Notes: generated from the sequence alone by a model not told the origin. Shown: positions 14,601 through 27,390, counted from the first letter of the stretch. The stretch is DNA of 64,000 bases from Raillietiella orientalis (GCA_036172245.1 JAYWIR010000016.1:310001-374000); one strand, 5' to 3'. Numbers and translations are program-made.

Positions 14601-17600
14601 AAATACAGGCAAGAGAACAAAATTCCATCTCTCTTAATCACTTGAATTAAAAATCACCATTAATTTTTTAAATCTCGATCCAGTTTCATGCCTTAATAGC
14701 TCATCTGAGATTAAACAAATATAGAGGATTGAATATTGAAATGTGCAATGACTTCAATTGCACATTCCAGAATAAAAAATTGCAATCAATGGGATTTTAC
14801 ATGAGATATATCCTTAACTTTTCAGGAGCAAAAGAAAGTATGGAACCAATCTGTAACACTATTCTTTCCTTAAACAAGAAATAGCTCACTATATCTGGCA
14901 GAATTTTTCTTACACATTTCTGATGCCAAATTAATGACTAACAAATTACTTAATGTTGATTCTTGCCTTCATCTTGAAACGTCTTGTGCAAAATACAAAT
15001 GTATGGTACCTCCAATTCCCAGAAGCATGCTTAGATTCCTACCAAATGTGACACACGACAAACACAAACATTACAATTTGCAGCTAAGTAATGTCCTGCT
15101 TCAGAAATAGATAAAATAAATACACATAAAATATGTGTTTTCTACAATCCTGTGAGTCTTGCTCTGTAAGATAATTTTTAAAATATTATTGGAGCAGAGG
15201 TGTGTGATGACAGACACTGTTTCTATGTGATAATTTTATGAAGTTACCCTGAATCCGTTTTTTGAATGGCACATTGGGCTTAATACAAAACAATCCAAAA
15301 AGTACTCAAACTGACTAAGTTGCAAGTCTTGAAATCATTTTACACTTTTTCAAGCATGCTCCTCAAAACAAATTACAGCATATAAAACCATCAAACACAA
15401 GAGAAAGCACAAAACTGCTTCCATATACATTTTGGAAGTACACAAAGATTGATTTGATAAGCAACACTGTTACCCAATCACTGAATAATCATTTACTAAA
15501 AATTGGAACAGAAAGGATCTACTTGGCATCACACTGTAAATTATTTTTTCTAATAGAAAGTTGTTCCTAGCTGCCAATCATCCTTTTATACTTAAGATTT
15601 AATCAAGCTATTTAAAAATAAGAAATTTTACATTATTTGCACCATTTTGAAGTAGCACAGGAAATGGGATAGATATTGACAGATATCTTATATGAAAAAG
15701 CAAAAATGAATAAAGATAGGCATGTACACTTATTTATGAAGATTTTCACAAAGTACTTCTTGGAATCAAATAAATTGCTACCCTGTATGTGAAAAACATT
15801 GTAAGCCACCTCTAATTTTCTTATGCAAAGTTGAGTGTATCTGAAGCTTCATTCGTAAAGGTGAGTATTAGCAAGTAATGTAATAGTCAATTCTTCGAAA
15901 CTATTTTTTGTGGTACTTCTGAATAGTACTTCTTTCAACCTTTTAAACACAAACACAATGTCAGCATACGATAGTGATAATTTTATTTAGTAAACTCTAT
16001 TGATGTAAAACTTGCACTCAAATGAATGCAAAACTAAGGAATGAAAATAAACATAAACAAACAGCATTCAGAGTAAACTTGAAAATTAAATACCAAATTT
16101 GAAATTGTGTTCCTTCTTTAAACATATGGAACTCTTACCAAAGTTTATAATTAGTAAGTGCCACATCTGCGATGTTTCCAATTCTTTTTCTTGGGCATCC
16201 TCTTTGACAAAGTAATATGTTACATACATGCATATGATTTTCCATCATATTTTACATATGTACAAATATACATAAAATATTATGCATGTGAATTTGGATC
16301 AGCACATAGAATGGAGCATGTAACCATAAAATCTGGTTCAATATCAACCTACGTTCTTGACCAAGAAAATAAAACATATGCAGTAATAAAACATATACAA
16401 CTCAAAATATTGTTCGATGCATAATTATAACTTATATAACAGTATGCTAAGCTCCAAGCAGGAGCCTTAAAGACACTCTAATCCAACTGAATAAAAACTT
16501 TCATCCATTTTTTTAAAGACTATTTTTCTCTTCACCTAAAAAAAGCATGCTTTCATAAAAACTGACGTGTTTAAATTCCCATGTGAAGATGAATCTTTCA
16601 ACAGTAACTCATTTTTGTTTGAAACTAGAAATACTTGGGAAAACATTGCCTCCCCCTACATCTTTGAAAAATCTGCCATGATCCCCATAAAACCTGAATA
16701 GTGAAACACGAAATTGGATAAAACTTAGTTGGATGAAGTTACATTGGGTTACACTGAATGATGCTCCATTTTACCTCGACGAAGAATCAACATTCAAAAT
16801 AATTTTGTGCTTATCATTCCTAACTGAATAATGACTGTTCCTTTTATGAATCAATTGATTAGCCCCATGCTAATACTTGCTCTAGTTGAATTCTAAATAT
16901 TGCATGTGCAGGTCAGAATAAGGACTTACTTTTTTAAGGTTTATTATTTCTAATTCCCTTTGAGTTTTGATGGCCAATTCGTTTTCTAGATTCATAAGTT
17001 TCGTTTTTATCAAATCCAAAAAATCTGATAAAGCTTCTGCATTGGTAAGCCAGCCTTCTGCCAAAACCTACAAAAAAAAAAAAAGTGCAGAATAAGTTTA
17101 TTGAACTGGTAGACTTCTTGATCCTTACAATATGGAAAAGAAAAACGTTCATTATATGTGAAAACAAAGTAAACACATTACAAGACTTTAAGGTCCAATA
17201 CAGTTAAAAAATTAGGCTCATTTCAAAAAACTCTTTCATGTTGTGGTTCACAAATGTTTGACTCAAAGATTTACCTACATAAATGTGAGGTATAAGTCAC
17301 ATTTTTGGAGTCGGATCTAAAGTTTAATATTCCTAATAAAAGCTGAATTGCCTTTTTGAAATATTTAGTCAATTTGACCCTTTCTGTTAGTGTTTTTAAA
17401 ATGTATTATTGATTCAGAAAGTATCTAGTGATGTGAAACTTTAGTTTCAAGTTATTAAATTATTTTCCTTAAATCTATGGAAATATTTTTGATTATATGA
17501 CCCTACAATTTGTTGCATGATGAAAGTGCTCGTGGAAATCCGTATTGTTGATATACTATGCTCTGTAGTTGAATTAACAAAATACCTTGCAATCTGTCTG

Positions 17601-20591
17601 AATAAACATTATTTCTCTAAAGACATTTAAACTATTAATAGAAATAATTATAATTTCATGAATTCTGTATGGGATCGGTAAAGTATCATGACAGTAACAT
17701 ATTTAGAACAAAGGAAAACATCTTTCCTAAAGACAACATGTATAATAGTAATGACCAAAAAAAAGACATGATTTGTCGCAAAATGTTTATTAAAAAATTT
17801 ATTTCTAATCAATTTTTTTTATGTATGAAATCGGCAAAGGAATTTCAAGAAAAGAATCAAAGTTTGTACAGGAAATAAAGCATGTCTTATTAAAGAAGTA
17901 AATCATCAATCAAGGTAAATCAATCCAGAGAATCAGAATATGAACAAGATTAAACCTAAAATTTCCTAAACTACGACCAATTAAATAATTCATACGAAAA
18001 TAAATAAGAGTAACTTAGTTTTTTGCTACAATTTTCAATAAGATATTCATGGTGGTATGTGGAACCACATCTTTGACAGGCAATTCAAGATACAAGAAAA
18101 TGGTTGAATAATAATCCATAAAAGTACTTGTCTAGGAAATTTGAAATTAAGTCTTTGGGTGAAAATAATCATGGAATAGAAGAACCACTTTTGGCAAATA
18201 ATGTAAATATTAGTTTTTTCAGCAGAGTTCGAAAATGTAAGAAAATGTGTTCTAATCGACAATTTTGGATGACACATTTAATGAGTAATTAATGACTTCA
18301 TAGAATGCACTGCATTTCTGGCAATTTAAGATGATAATCATGATAATTCAGGAGCACTGAGAAGAAAAGGATCTTAATAAAAAGAAATAATAACTGTTTC
18401 CTTAATAAAGAAAAGGATCTTAATAACAGACTCCCTTTGATAAAGACCAAAAATTTCTGAATTATGTACATGTTGGCAATAAATTATTAAGGAAACAGTA
18501 AAGTACAATGAAACTCATGAAAAGTCATTGTTACTCAAATATACCCTTTTCAACATTTACCATATGAGATCCTGTACTTAAAGAAACTAACATATTCAAG
18601 AATTTTTCCATCACATAAAAACAATCCCATACTGAAGTTTCAGAATCTAATGATCGTACACTACTAAATTAGACATAACTAGTACAATGAAAATTTACTT
18701 TAATTACTTCACATGTTTACTTTTATGTGATGTGACCATTCTTTGTTAACATAGTTCTTTTGAAACATGTTAAAACTCATTATTCAAATCAAAATAATAA
18801 CAAAATCTTTTATTTTTCCGATTCCTTCTACAATTCTTCTCAAGATGAGTGGAATTTCCTATAAACGTATTTTACATAAAGCACATGAAATGTTTTTGTT
18901 GATGGGGAAAAATAATATCTGTACAAGGACACCATAATGGCTTAAATTCTGACTTTGGATCGGTTTTGATATCATAACATCAAATAACTATTTGCTGCCC
19001 CTGCCAGTAGCACTTCATTCGATTTCACCAGAACACTGAACGTGATTGAATAACAAAAAAAAAAATAACATCTCGTTGCAAAATAAAATTTTAAAGTGAT
19101 GCCCATAATTAGAAAATTTAATGAACTCAGTCATCGAACATGACAAAACTAATAAACAGTTGACAATATTGACAGATCAAAGTGAGGACATTCATCAACA
19201 TAAAGATTTTTGTACAGATAAGTGATTCCCTAAGATTCTTACTGAATTGAAAACAAGATGAAATTTCAAATACAGAATATATTACAACAACAGCTCTATT
19301 ATCTAAATACTTGAAAATGCAACTGAATGTGACACCTAGCTGCACTATGTGTTTCCAACATATATTTGTCCAGTAGCAGATAAGGTGTCAGCAACCAACA
19401 AAAACTGAGTTTTTTTTTTTGTTCAGTACTTAATATTTTTTTATATTTAATTTATTGATACTCCACGTATTTTCTAATGATATTTTACTAATATTTCCTT
19501 CATATTCACTGAACTAACCTTTTGGGAGGGTAATGTGTGGAATGGAACATATCCAAGGACAGTAATATAAATTTCTGCTTGATAAAATAATTGACTTCCA
19601 GGTATGAAAAACTAAAAATTTTTAGAATAGCTCAACACGAAGAACTTATCTTAGTGTACTCACTGGTCTCATAATCCCTCTGAGACATTTCTCCAGTGAG
19701 AGATAAAATTTTTCTATGATCAAACTGCAGCCTTGTGTTTCCTAAAATTACAAAGGATAGAAGCTAGAGTTTTCTTAAAACAAAAAACAATCACTGACAT
19801 AAGATGAACTTATGCATCTATTTTATATCTCTGTTTCTACTATTTGACCAAATAGCCCAATTATTAAGTCCATTAATTAAGACAAAGTGCAATTTTGTAA
19901 TAAAGTGTAACATGGTAGATGTCTATCGAACAAATCTGGCAACTTTCCTAACCAAATCACATTTTTTCTTCAGAAACAAACTAGATATAAACTTCAGTAG
20001 CACGCATGAGCTAACACTACATTGTTAATGTCTGTGTTTTAACATAATTACACTAAATACAAGTGTTTGGCTGAAATTTCTCATTCAAATATCCATATGA
20101 AAAGTGTCCATCAAAATTTGATTCTAGGTTAGGAGAAAAATTTATTAATTATCTTTAAACAACACTATCTGACATTTAACCATCATGAATGAAAACAGGA
20201 AATATACATACTTTTATAGCTGCAGATGGACTAAGATCTAAACAAAATACAAAACTATAAGCTCTTGATAAAAAATTGACTATGCTTGAAGTTGCAAGAA
20301 TGTACTTGTATAAATGGCTTGTATCATTATCCCATTCTGCTGGGAAAATTTCAGGAATAGCAGACACAATTTCCAAATCTAATTTGCATTCTTCCTATTA
20401 AAAGTTCCATTTTAAGAAATGATGCTCAGTTATGAAGAACTCACAAGATTTTGTCTTTTATCAAATGTGAATATAGTATTGAGGTTACTGAAAAACCATT
20501 TTGCCCGGGAAATTTTTGTCAGATTATATCCCTTTTTCATAAGAATGAAAACTTTATCTGCTTTAAGTACTTCAATGCTTTCATCTATCAT
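2661..20591 (-). CDS. SZT2: KICSTOR complex scaffold protein SZT2, 5' part (15 coding exons, 913 codons; gene continues beyond window start)
   Basis: Hand-spliced GT-AG exons with consistent phases: 20591-20445 (ATG; MIDESIEVLKADKVFILMKKGYNLTKISRAKWFFSNLN), 20394-20212 (..FVFCLDLSPSAAIK), 19741-19664, 19611-19519 (FFIPGSQLFYQAEIYITV), 17067-16930, 13955-13823 (GMLALQLLPENTTG), 7015-6795 (VVITDGVLSLPD..LLNQLR..ATFG), 5005-4863, 4809-4547, 4458-4218, 4126-3857 (FWKPV..NGRYQTIQCR), 3755-3459, 3357-3087, 2976-2882 (CIIQYVIFPPHS), 2826-2661 (LVTECWVEPQHG). The peptides are collinear with the N-terminal part of SZT2 as I recall it (e.g. human VFLLMKKDYRISRN, LDLSPS, LALQLLP, IIVITDGV, NGRYSTIQCR, VQYILFPPHS, LVTEVWVEPQYG). 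An in-frame TGA lies upstream of the ATG. Confidence 0.95.
5600..5900 (+). mobile_element. Probable LINE ORF1 zinc-knuckle remnant in SZT2 intron 7
   Basis: GQLCSRPAGRAGHNDQKNVKCRNTGSLEN resembles the decayed tandem CCHC knuckles (GQxxxCxxCxxxGH..CxxCG) of Tx1/L1-type ORF1. Confidence 0.35.
9200..11400 (-). mobile_element. Highly decayed LINE ORF2 (endonuclease-RT linker and RT) in SZT2 intron 6
   Basis: Motif remnants in the expected order on the minus strand across frameshifts: GPAALH, LWWERDRYKK, KSEHRWTGFERGIF, MMPK, RSIHDV, LFLDS, IQVEG, GCFLA. Boundaries approximate. Confidence 0.55.
12306..12341 (+). repeat. Interrupted poly(A) tract
   Basis: A-run broken by two C residues, at the GC-rich to AT-rich transition in SZT2 intron 6. 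Confidence 0.75.
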
Positions 20592-21419
20592 GGTAGTTTT
20601 TTGGTGTTTTTTCTTGGTCCACCATCACCTGAAACAATCTGTTTTTAATCAGAATTTTAGATTAAAACTATTGGACTTTTCTGTGATATTGTAAATTATT
20701 TTGGCGGAATACTATATTTTGCTTTAAAAAACGTCACTGCGTAAAAGTAGCAAACAGAAAATACATAAAATTATGTATGTGACTGTTCTTGCTGACATTG
20801 TACCGGGCCTCATTATTTGAATGCCAGCATAAAATCCTCAAGATGAAATGAAAACTCGAGTTTATTAAAAAATTCAACAATTTTTTGTTGGAATCCTGAA
20901 AACTGTTTTTATGTAAAATTCAATTTAAATGAAAATAGGTCTCAACTCAGTGAAATATTTTATTTTCACAAGAATATTTTATTTCTGTTACCTATTAAAT
21001 ATAGGAAATGATAAAACTTGCATATAAAATACAAAATATTTATTTCACATGGGGAATGTATACCTGAAACAAGGCTATCTAACACTTTTGCAGCACTGCC
21101 ATTTATGTTTTAAAACTGCTATCTGATAACCTGGTTTTCATATTTCCTGGCTCAAGAGCTTTCACTAGTTCGCCTTTCCCACGAAGTTGCCACAAACTAT
21201 CTTTTACGGCTTTCAATAATTTACAAAAGCCATACTTGAAATATCAATTACATTTTACAATCTTCCTGACCAAAGGCATTCTCTCTTTCTGCTGAAACGA
21301 ACTGAATAGCAAGCAGTTTGAACACATTCAAAACGGACATATCTTTCGCGCAAAACACATCAGTCTCATGTGACAACTTTTCAAGAAAACCCTTCTTTGT
21401 CTGCAGCCGTATTAATTAA

Positions 21420-23237
21420 TTATGCATTGATCATTACTATGCTGATTGGAAAGATTCCGCGGGCAGCGACAAGTCTGGTGCACGCTGTACGTTCCTGCTG
21501 ACAAGCTGAGAGGAAAGCATTGATTAACCTTTCAGCCGGATGCACGTATCTTCCTGGAAACAAGTTTCTCGCAAAATAATGCCAAGATGAACGAGGTTCA
21601 TGGGCTCCAGAGTTCAGCTCAGCCGTGGGGATGCTCACACAGAACCCACGTGTATCGTGAGCCCTTTGGCCCGCAACGGTAATCCCTCAGGGCGGCAAAA
21701 CACCACAGCTGCGTGTCAGCAAGGAATGCCAACAGACTTAGAAACCGATTCTTCCTTTCGAATTTTGCGCACATGCTTAGGAGCTTTTTTACCTACTGGC
21801 TTCCGGATCGTGTTTTGTTTTCAAAAACATCTTCTACAACTGTCAGAAATGTGGTAACTTTTCTTGTTCTTTGGACTTCGGTCGGCTCATATTCGTGCTT
21901 TTTACTTATTGCATCCTTCTACGGAAGTGTGCCGGCAGTGAAGGACTTCTTTCCTTGGTGCCAGGCATCCGTCACAGAAAACAGGGGTTTGGCTATCCTT
22001 TGAGGGCACTCGCCTCACTGCTGGAAGCCAATTCGTGAATTTCCTGCCGCCCAATGAACTACAATGCTTGGCGGCAGAAATCTGTTGATTCTTGGGCTGC
22101 ATTTCTGGAAATGAGTACCGATGATCTTCGCCCACTGCGTCAATTCCAACCTGGGTCACTCCAAGATGTGATGCAGGACGAGGTGAAGTTTTCCTCCCTG
22201 GCCGCCACGCCCCTCGCCGAAGCACTGTCTGCCCTCGAGGTTCGAGAAGACAGTAGCCAACCGGCAAGGTGGGAGTTCTCCTGCACCATCGCGGGAAGAA
22301 CGAAACTCCTCGGCGAATGGGACACGAGCGAGCTGGCGTATCCCGCCACTCCTCGTGCTACAGCAAGGGGACTACTTCGGAGGGGAGAAGCTCTTGGTAT
22401 TGCCCCCCAGAAACTGATAGTCCCTTCCTGCTGTTTGGACGGTTCGGTGTTTCCCCTTGAATGGAAGCAAGACGTCTTTCTCTTCTTGCACTGGGGCTTG
22501 CGCTACAACGAGCGGCGGCGCCGAGTTTCCGGTGGGGTGGCTTCTCCCTACTGTGCCCGTTGCGGGGCGACGGAGTCGTTCCCGCACCTTGTTTTGGACT
22601 GAGGTGCCCTCCAGGAACTCTGCAGGAGCTTGGCAGCAGCACTCCAGCCACCGGGGGACACCGCACGAGAGTGTTGCGACGGTTCTTCCAACCGCAAGGA
22701 CTTTCGACGGCTGCGATGATTTCGACAGCTGGTTGCATCCGTGCCATCGTCACGGTCCGAGACGTGCTGGAGAACACAGGACAGCGATGATGTGTCATCA
22801 GGAAGGCAGCTGACTTCATCAGTGCGGCTGCTGGGTGGCGACACTTCACCGAGAACGCAACGGAGGAGCTCACCAGCATCCATGGTCGGATTACCTATGC
22901 TTTGGAACGTCGAACCCGGTGATCCACCTCCATTCCCATTCAATTTCATTTTTGTTTTCTCGCCCCACTTCCCATTCGCCCCGTAGTACTTTTGGTGCTT
23001 TTTCTCTTTGTCTCTTCCGGTGACTGCAGAGCGTTACCAAAGTTCCCTGGCCCATTCCTTCCGATTATACTTTTCTTTTTTGTTTGTAGTCCCTTCCTCT
23101 CCTATTCGTTCAGGTCCTTCCGTTTTCCTGGCCTGCGTACCAGTGGTGTATCTCCGTTGCTGGTCTTTTGTAGTCGTTGGCTGGAAACAGCTGTTTCCAG
23201 CTAGTTTATGTTAATCAACGTCCCGGCGTGACCGGGT
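21420..23237 (+). mobile_element. 5'-truncated, decayed non-LTR retrotransposon (L1/Tx1-like), family A copy 1
   Basis: zf-RVT-like C-terminus FLFLHWGLRYNERRRR..CARCGATESFPHLVLD* (about 22480-22602), U-rich 3' UTR, terminus AATCAACGTCCCGGCGTGACCGGGT at 23213-23237. 5' boundary approximate. Confidence 0.8.
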
Positions 23238-24399
23238 AAGAAACTTTTTGCACCTCAAGCTTCGGTGAATCTTTGATACCGATGAAATTACTTATATTCG
23301 AAAAGTGCTGAATTGGCAATATGTAGTTTTCAATAATTAAGGTCTTTTTAACTGCATAGAGGAGGCAGTCATAGGGGTATTTTATTTGTAGAGAAACCAA
23401 AGTCTTCCAAGAACTGAGCTGCAAATGCTTAGAGTACTTATTCTTCCATTGCTATCCAGCTACATAATTAGCCCCGATTAAATAAATCCTTATATGCGCA
23501 TTCATCTTAAGTAAAATCATTTATGATAACCTCACCAGGTGACTTCAGAGCTGATTCCAGAGTGCATGCATCGGCTGTAAAATGCAATAGTGGAAGGATG
23601 ACTAACACTACAGTTAGGAAGTTTGGGAAGTTTATCAAATGCCAAGTATTGTTCCATAAGCAAACATGCAAAATCTAAATTTAGGATTTCAACAACTCTA
23701 CAAGAAAAAATCTGTTCCATTGCATCTAATCATTTTCTGCAAATAACTTGCATTCATATAACAATTTAAAACAAGTGCTTTAACATGGAGGCAGAGCATT
23801 GGCTGCTCATATCTAAAAAGATCTCAGCATGAAAAGTGGTTTCTCTGCTATAAGTCCACGGCCCAACCCATAGGTGTAATCTATTTGAAATATGACTTTC
23901 ATGGAATATGAAATCTTGTGCTGATACTTTTTTTACTCTTCATTTATTGCTCCTTTATGAAACAAATCAGTTGAATCAAATGCTCTTTTCCTAGCATTCA
24001 TGGGGTTGCAAATGATCGTGTGTGCGTATAAGCCTGTGAAGGCTTTCTCACACTGCTACTCCTTTTTTCATTTTTTTCCTTTCAAACATCCTTCCTTTAA
24101 ATAATTTGAGACTATGGGGAAAATTCCGACGACCTGAGTTCCTTGGTTACCTTTTAATATTCGAAGTCAGTTTTTCAATCTGGCAACATTAATACAGGGC
24201 ATTTCAAATTATCTTCTTGGTGACTTCTCAAATATTTAAAGCAAATTTTGTAGATAGGGACATATCTTCATTGTTTATACAAGAAAAGCAAAGATAAACA
24301 GGGTCTCGAACTTATTTGTCAAAAAGAAAACTATCCACGAGAAAAGAAGTGGCTTTCAGCAGTTCACTAGAAAGGCAGAGATGACGGCAAGGGATCTGA

Positions 24400-26519
24400 C
24401 TGATATCCTGAGGAAAAGAAAAACGGCTATTAGCAGTTGCAGAAACGCTTCAGCAGGAATGCATCAGCAACACTGAAAAGTCAGAAGCTGTGTCCGAAAG
24501 GGAAAAAACAGAAAAAATCACGAGACCTCTCGATAGTAGCAATGCAAATGCACCCCTGTTGTTGGAGACATATAGTGGCGTTTAGCATTTGTGAACCGGA
24601 AGTCAGTGAACCGCAGATAACCTCGATCTGCTGATTAAATTGACTGGCTTCCTCCTGATCTAGCCAAACCAAAGTGCAGCAGTGGACAACTTTTTCGCAG
24701 CTTTCGGACGCCGAATGAACCATCGTCACGGTAAGCACGGTGGCTCCTGAAGTTGCAATGCGTTATCTTGATCTGCAAACTGTGGGTTTGGGTCTTGGGC
24801 TAGTAGCAGAATCCATCAACAGCCAAGACCAGACGTATGCTTACATACTCGTGAGAGAAGCATCGGCGCCAACCTGCTCTTTACGCAGTTCTGGTTTGGA
24901 CTGCAAGAGCGCTTCCAGATGGAATGTCGAAAGTTACCAACGCAATCTGGGCAGGCGTCTATGTGCATAATGAGCGCTAACAACCACGAGGATAGGTGGA
25001 GACAGCTGCTGACATTCAAGAGGCGTTCGATTAATTGAACTAGGAGTTACTCTGTAAGTTCTAAACTACCCTAGGTATCCGAAGCAGCATACGGGAATAA
25101 TTGCTCTCACGATTCGAGGGCACAGTCCTTGATGTTTCTTTTAATGGCCGTCAAGTGTAGGGCATGTTTGTTTAACATGGTCGTAAGTCGACACCGCTGT
25201 CAACCCACTTGCACACGACACTATGGCCTGTATCTTTGGGAATTTGAATGCTGGCGACTTCCATGGCGATTCCTTTCAGATGAAGCCACCTAGCAGCCGT
25301 CCTCAGCTAGTTAGCTGAAATATGGGTGGCCTCCTTTCGCTGCGTCCGAGACCCCAACACATAGCGGGATGCTGCTACTATAGTGCGGACGCAACTGGCC
25401 GTTGCGATCAATGGCGCCTTCCAAGAATCCGCCTCGCGCGAAGAATCTTCGCAGCAAGTCCTTAGTGGTGTCCTCCGTGGTGTAGGAATGCTAATGACAG
25501 CCTTTGCTAGAGTTTCTGGAGGGCACCGCAGTCCACCAAGAGGTGTAGGAATCTTCCACCAAGAGATGGAAGATTCAATCTTAGACATCCGCACCTTAGA
25601 GAGCTTGCGGATGCAGTTCCCCAGGGGACGAGGTGGCGACGCCAAGCTGAGAAGATACGCCTGAGAGCGCGCTCGCCCTCCGCTTCGGCAGAAAAGTCGC
25701 GTTCGTCGTCGTCCTCCTCACCGAACGCCACGACCCTGAGCGTCCTACCGCGAGGACTTTTGAAATGGGGCGAACTGCTCGGCATCCAGACGGATGACCT
25801 GAAGTGGCCCCTAGTGCTGAAATGGCAAGAGTCGGCACTTCTGTTGTTGGATTGGATCTGCCCTGCAACGGGCGCCGCTTCCACTGGACGCAAGGAAGAG
25901 TAAATCCTGAGTGTGCCAGGTACGGAGGGCGGAAGTTCCTCCCCCACCTTATAGTTGACTGTCCTGCCCTCCGGCCCCTGTGGGAACGTCTCGGAACGAC
26001 CCTTGGGATACCGGTTGGCGGCAACCCCAGAGACATTTACAGCCTTCTCTTCGTGCGGGACGCTCTGCAGCCAGTCGCAGCCCTGGCAGCACTTAGCTGC
26101 CAATCCCACGGATGCAGATCCGTGGGATTGTGGCGGTCTGGAGTGAAGCCGAAGATGAAGACGCCAACGAGAGGGCCGTCATCCCGTATGCTGTTCACTT
26201 CCTGCAGAGAGCTACCGGATGGCCCCAGCTGGGTGGACTAAAGAAGGACCTCGAGGGCATCCTGCAAAGCATGGACCCTTCTCCCAGTGGTTAGTGATCC
26301 CTTCCCCGCCCTCCAAATTCTTTTTTTTCCGTCTTATTGTTTTATTTTTATCTTTTTGTTTTCTCTTCCCCTCCCCTTCCACTGACGAGGAGAGTCACGC
26401 TGGTCTGCGTCCCGGCGTCCCGGCAGTCCGGCGAAATGTTGGCCGTTAGTGTGGCCTTGTACCACGTTTTGTAATGACCTTCAGTTGAGTTTGAAATAAA
26501 CGTCCCGGCGTATCCGGGT
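24400..26519 (+). mobile_element. Decayed non-LTR retrotransposon, family A copy 2
   Basis: RRFHWTQGRVNPECARYG..PHLIVDCPALRPLWERL zf-RVT-like region (about 25870-26100), a remnant of the xLGI motif near 25070, terminus AATAAACGTCCCGGCGTATCCGGGT at 26495-26519. 5' boundary approximate. Confidence 0.82.
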
Positions 26520-27390
26520 GGCATCACCGGGCGTAGAGCGGAGCAATCCCGAGACGTTCCCTAACGCCCGATCGCCGTCCGAGCGTACCTGTGGTGCGCA
26601 AGCTGGGATCCGAAAGATGGTGGACCCGTGCTTGGCCAGAACGAAGCCAGAGGTGGAGGTCCGCAGCGATCCCAACGTGCAAATTGGTCGTAAGAGTTGG
26701 ATGTAGGGACGAAAGACGAATCCAACCATCTGGTAGCAGCTGCTGATTCCCTCAGGATAGCTGCCGCTCGCTGAAGAGGAAAAAGACGGAGTCTCATCCG
26801 GTAAAGCAAATGATTCGAGGTCTTGGAACCGAAATGAACTCGACCTGTTTTCAAACTTGAAATAGGTGAAAAGTCCGGCTTGCATGAAAGCTGAAACTCG
26901 GACTGTCAGGTCCATGAGCGCCCAGTAGGCCCATTTTGGTAAGCAGCTTGGCGCTGTGGGATGAACCGAACGTTAGGTTAAGGCGCCCAATGCGAAGCCT
27001 GCCAGGCGCCATGAAAGATGTTGGTTGCTATGAACAGCAGGACGGCGTCCATGGAGGTCGGAATCCGCTAAGGAGTGTGTAACGACTCACCTGCCAAAGC
27101 AACCAACCCTGAAAATAGATGGCGCCCAACCACCGGGAACAGGGCCGTTTCTGCCTCCCGGACTCGTTCCGGGGGGCTTTAGGTTTCTAAGGTTTCGGCG
27201 AGTAGGAGGGTCGTGATGGTGCGCGCAGAAGGGTTTGCGCGGGAGCTCTCCTGGAGCCGCCGCCGGCGCAGATCTTGGTGGTAGTAGCAAACATTCCAGT
27301 GAGATCCTGGAGGTCTGATGTGGAGGAGGACTCCATGCGAACAGTCTTTGAGCGCTTCCCCAGTCGATCCCAAGTCCCCGGAGACAGCCT
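26520..27390 (+). rRNA. Degenerate 28S (LSU) rRNA fragment, roughly D3 to D7a; pseudogene, not a functional rDNA unit
   Basis: Recognisable LSU core motifs in order: CCGAAAGATGGTG (26611), TTCCCTCAGGATAGC, CCGGTAAAGCAAATGATT, GGCCCATTTTGGTAAGCAG, CAGCAGGACGG, GAATCCGCTAAGGAGTGTGTAACGACTCACCTGCC, GCAGATCTTGGTGGTAGTAGCAAA. Normally invariant blocks carry substitutions and deletions (e.g. GAAGCCAGAGGTGGAGG for GAAGCCAGAGGAAACTCTGGTGGAGG). No 18S, 5.8S or 3' half of 28S nearby. The first ~85 nt are less certain. Confidence 0.92.

Noticed and set aside
26382..26454. Hammerhead-like CTGACGA...CGAAA in the 3' UTR of LINE copy 2
   Set aside because: Stems I and III cannot be built around a valid NUH site, and the two core motifs are not conserved in homologous copies (TTGACGG / TAAAA in copy 5).
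24400..27390. rDNA-specific R element (R1/R2-type) insertion
   Set aside because: The junction is in the D3 region, far upstream of the known R1/R2 target sites, and the other five termini of the family are not flanked by rDNA.
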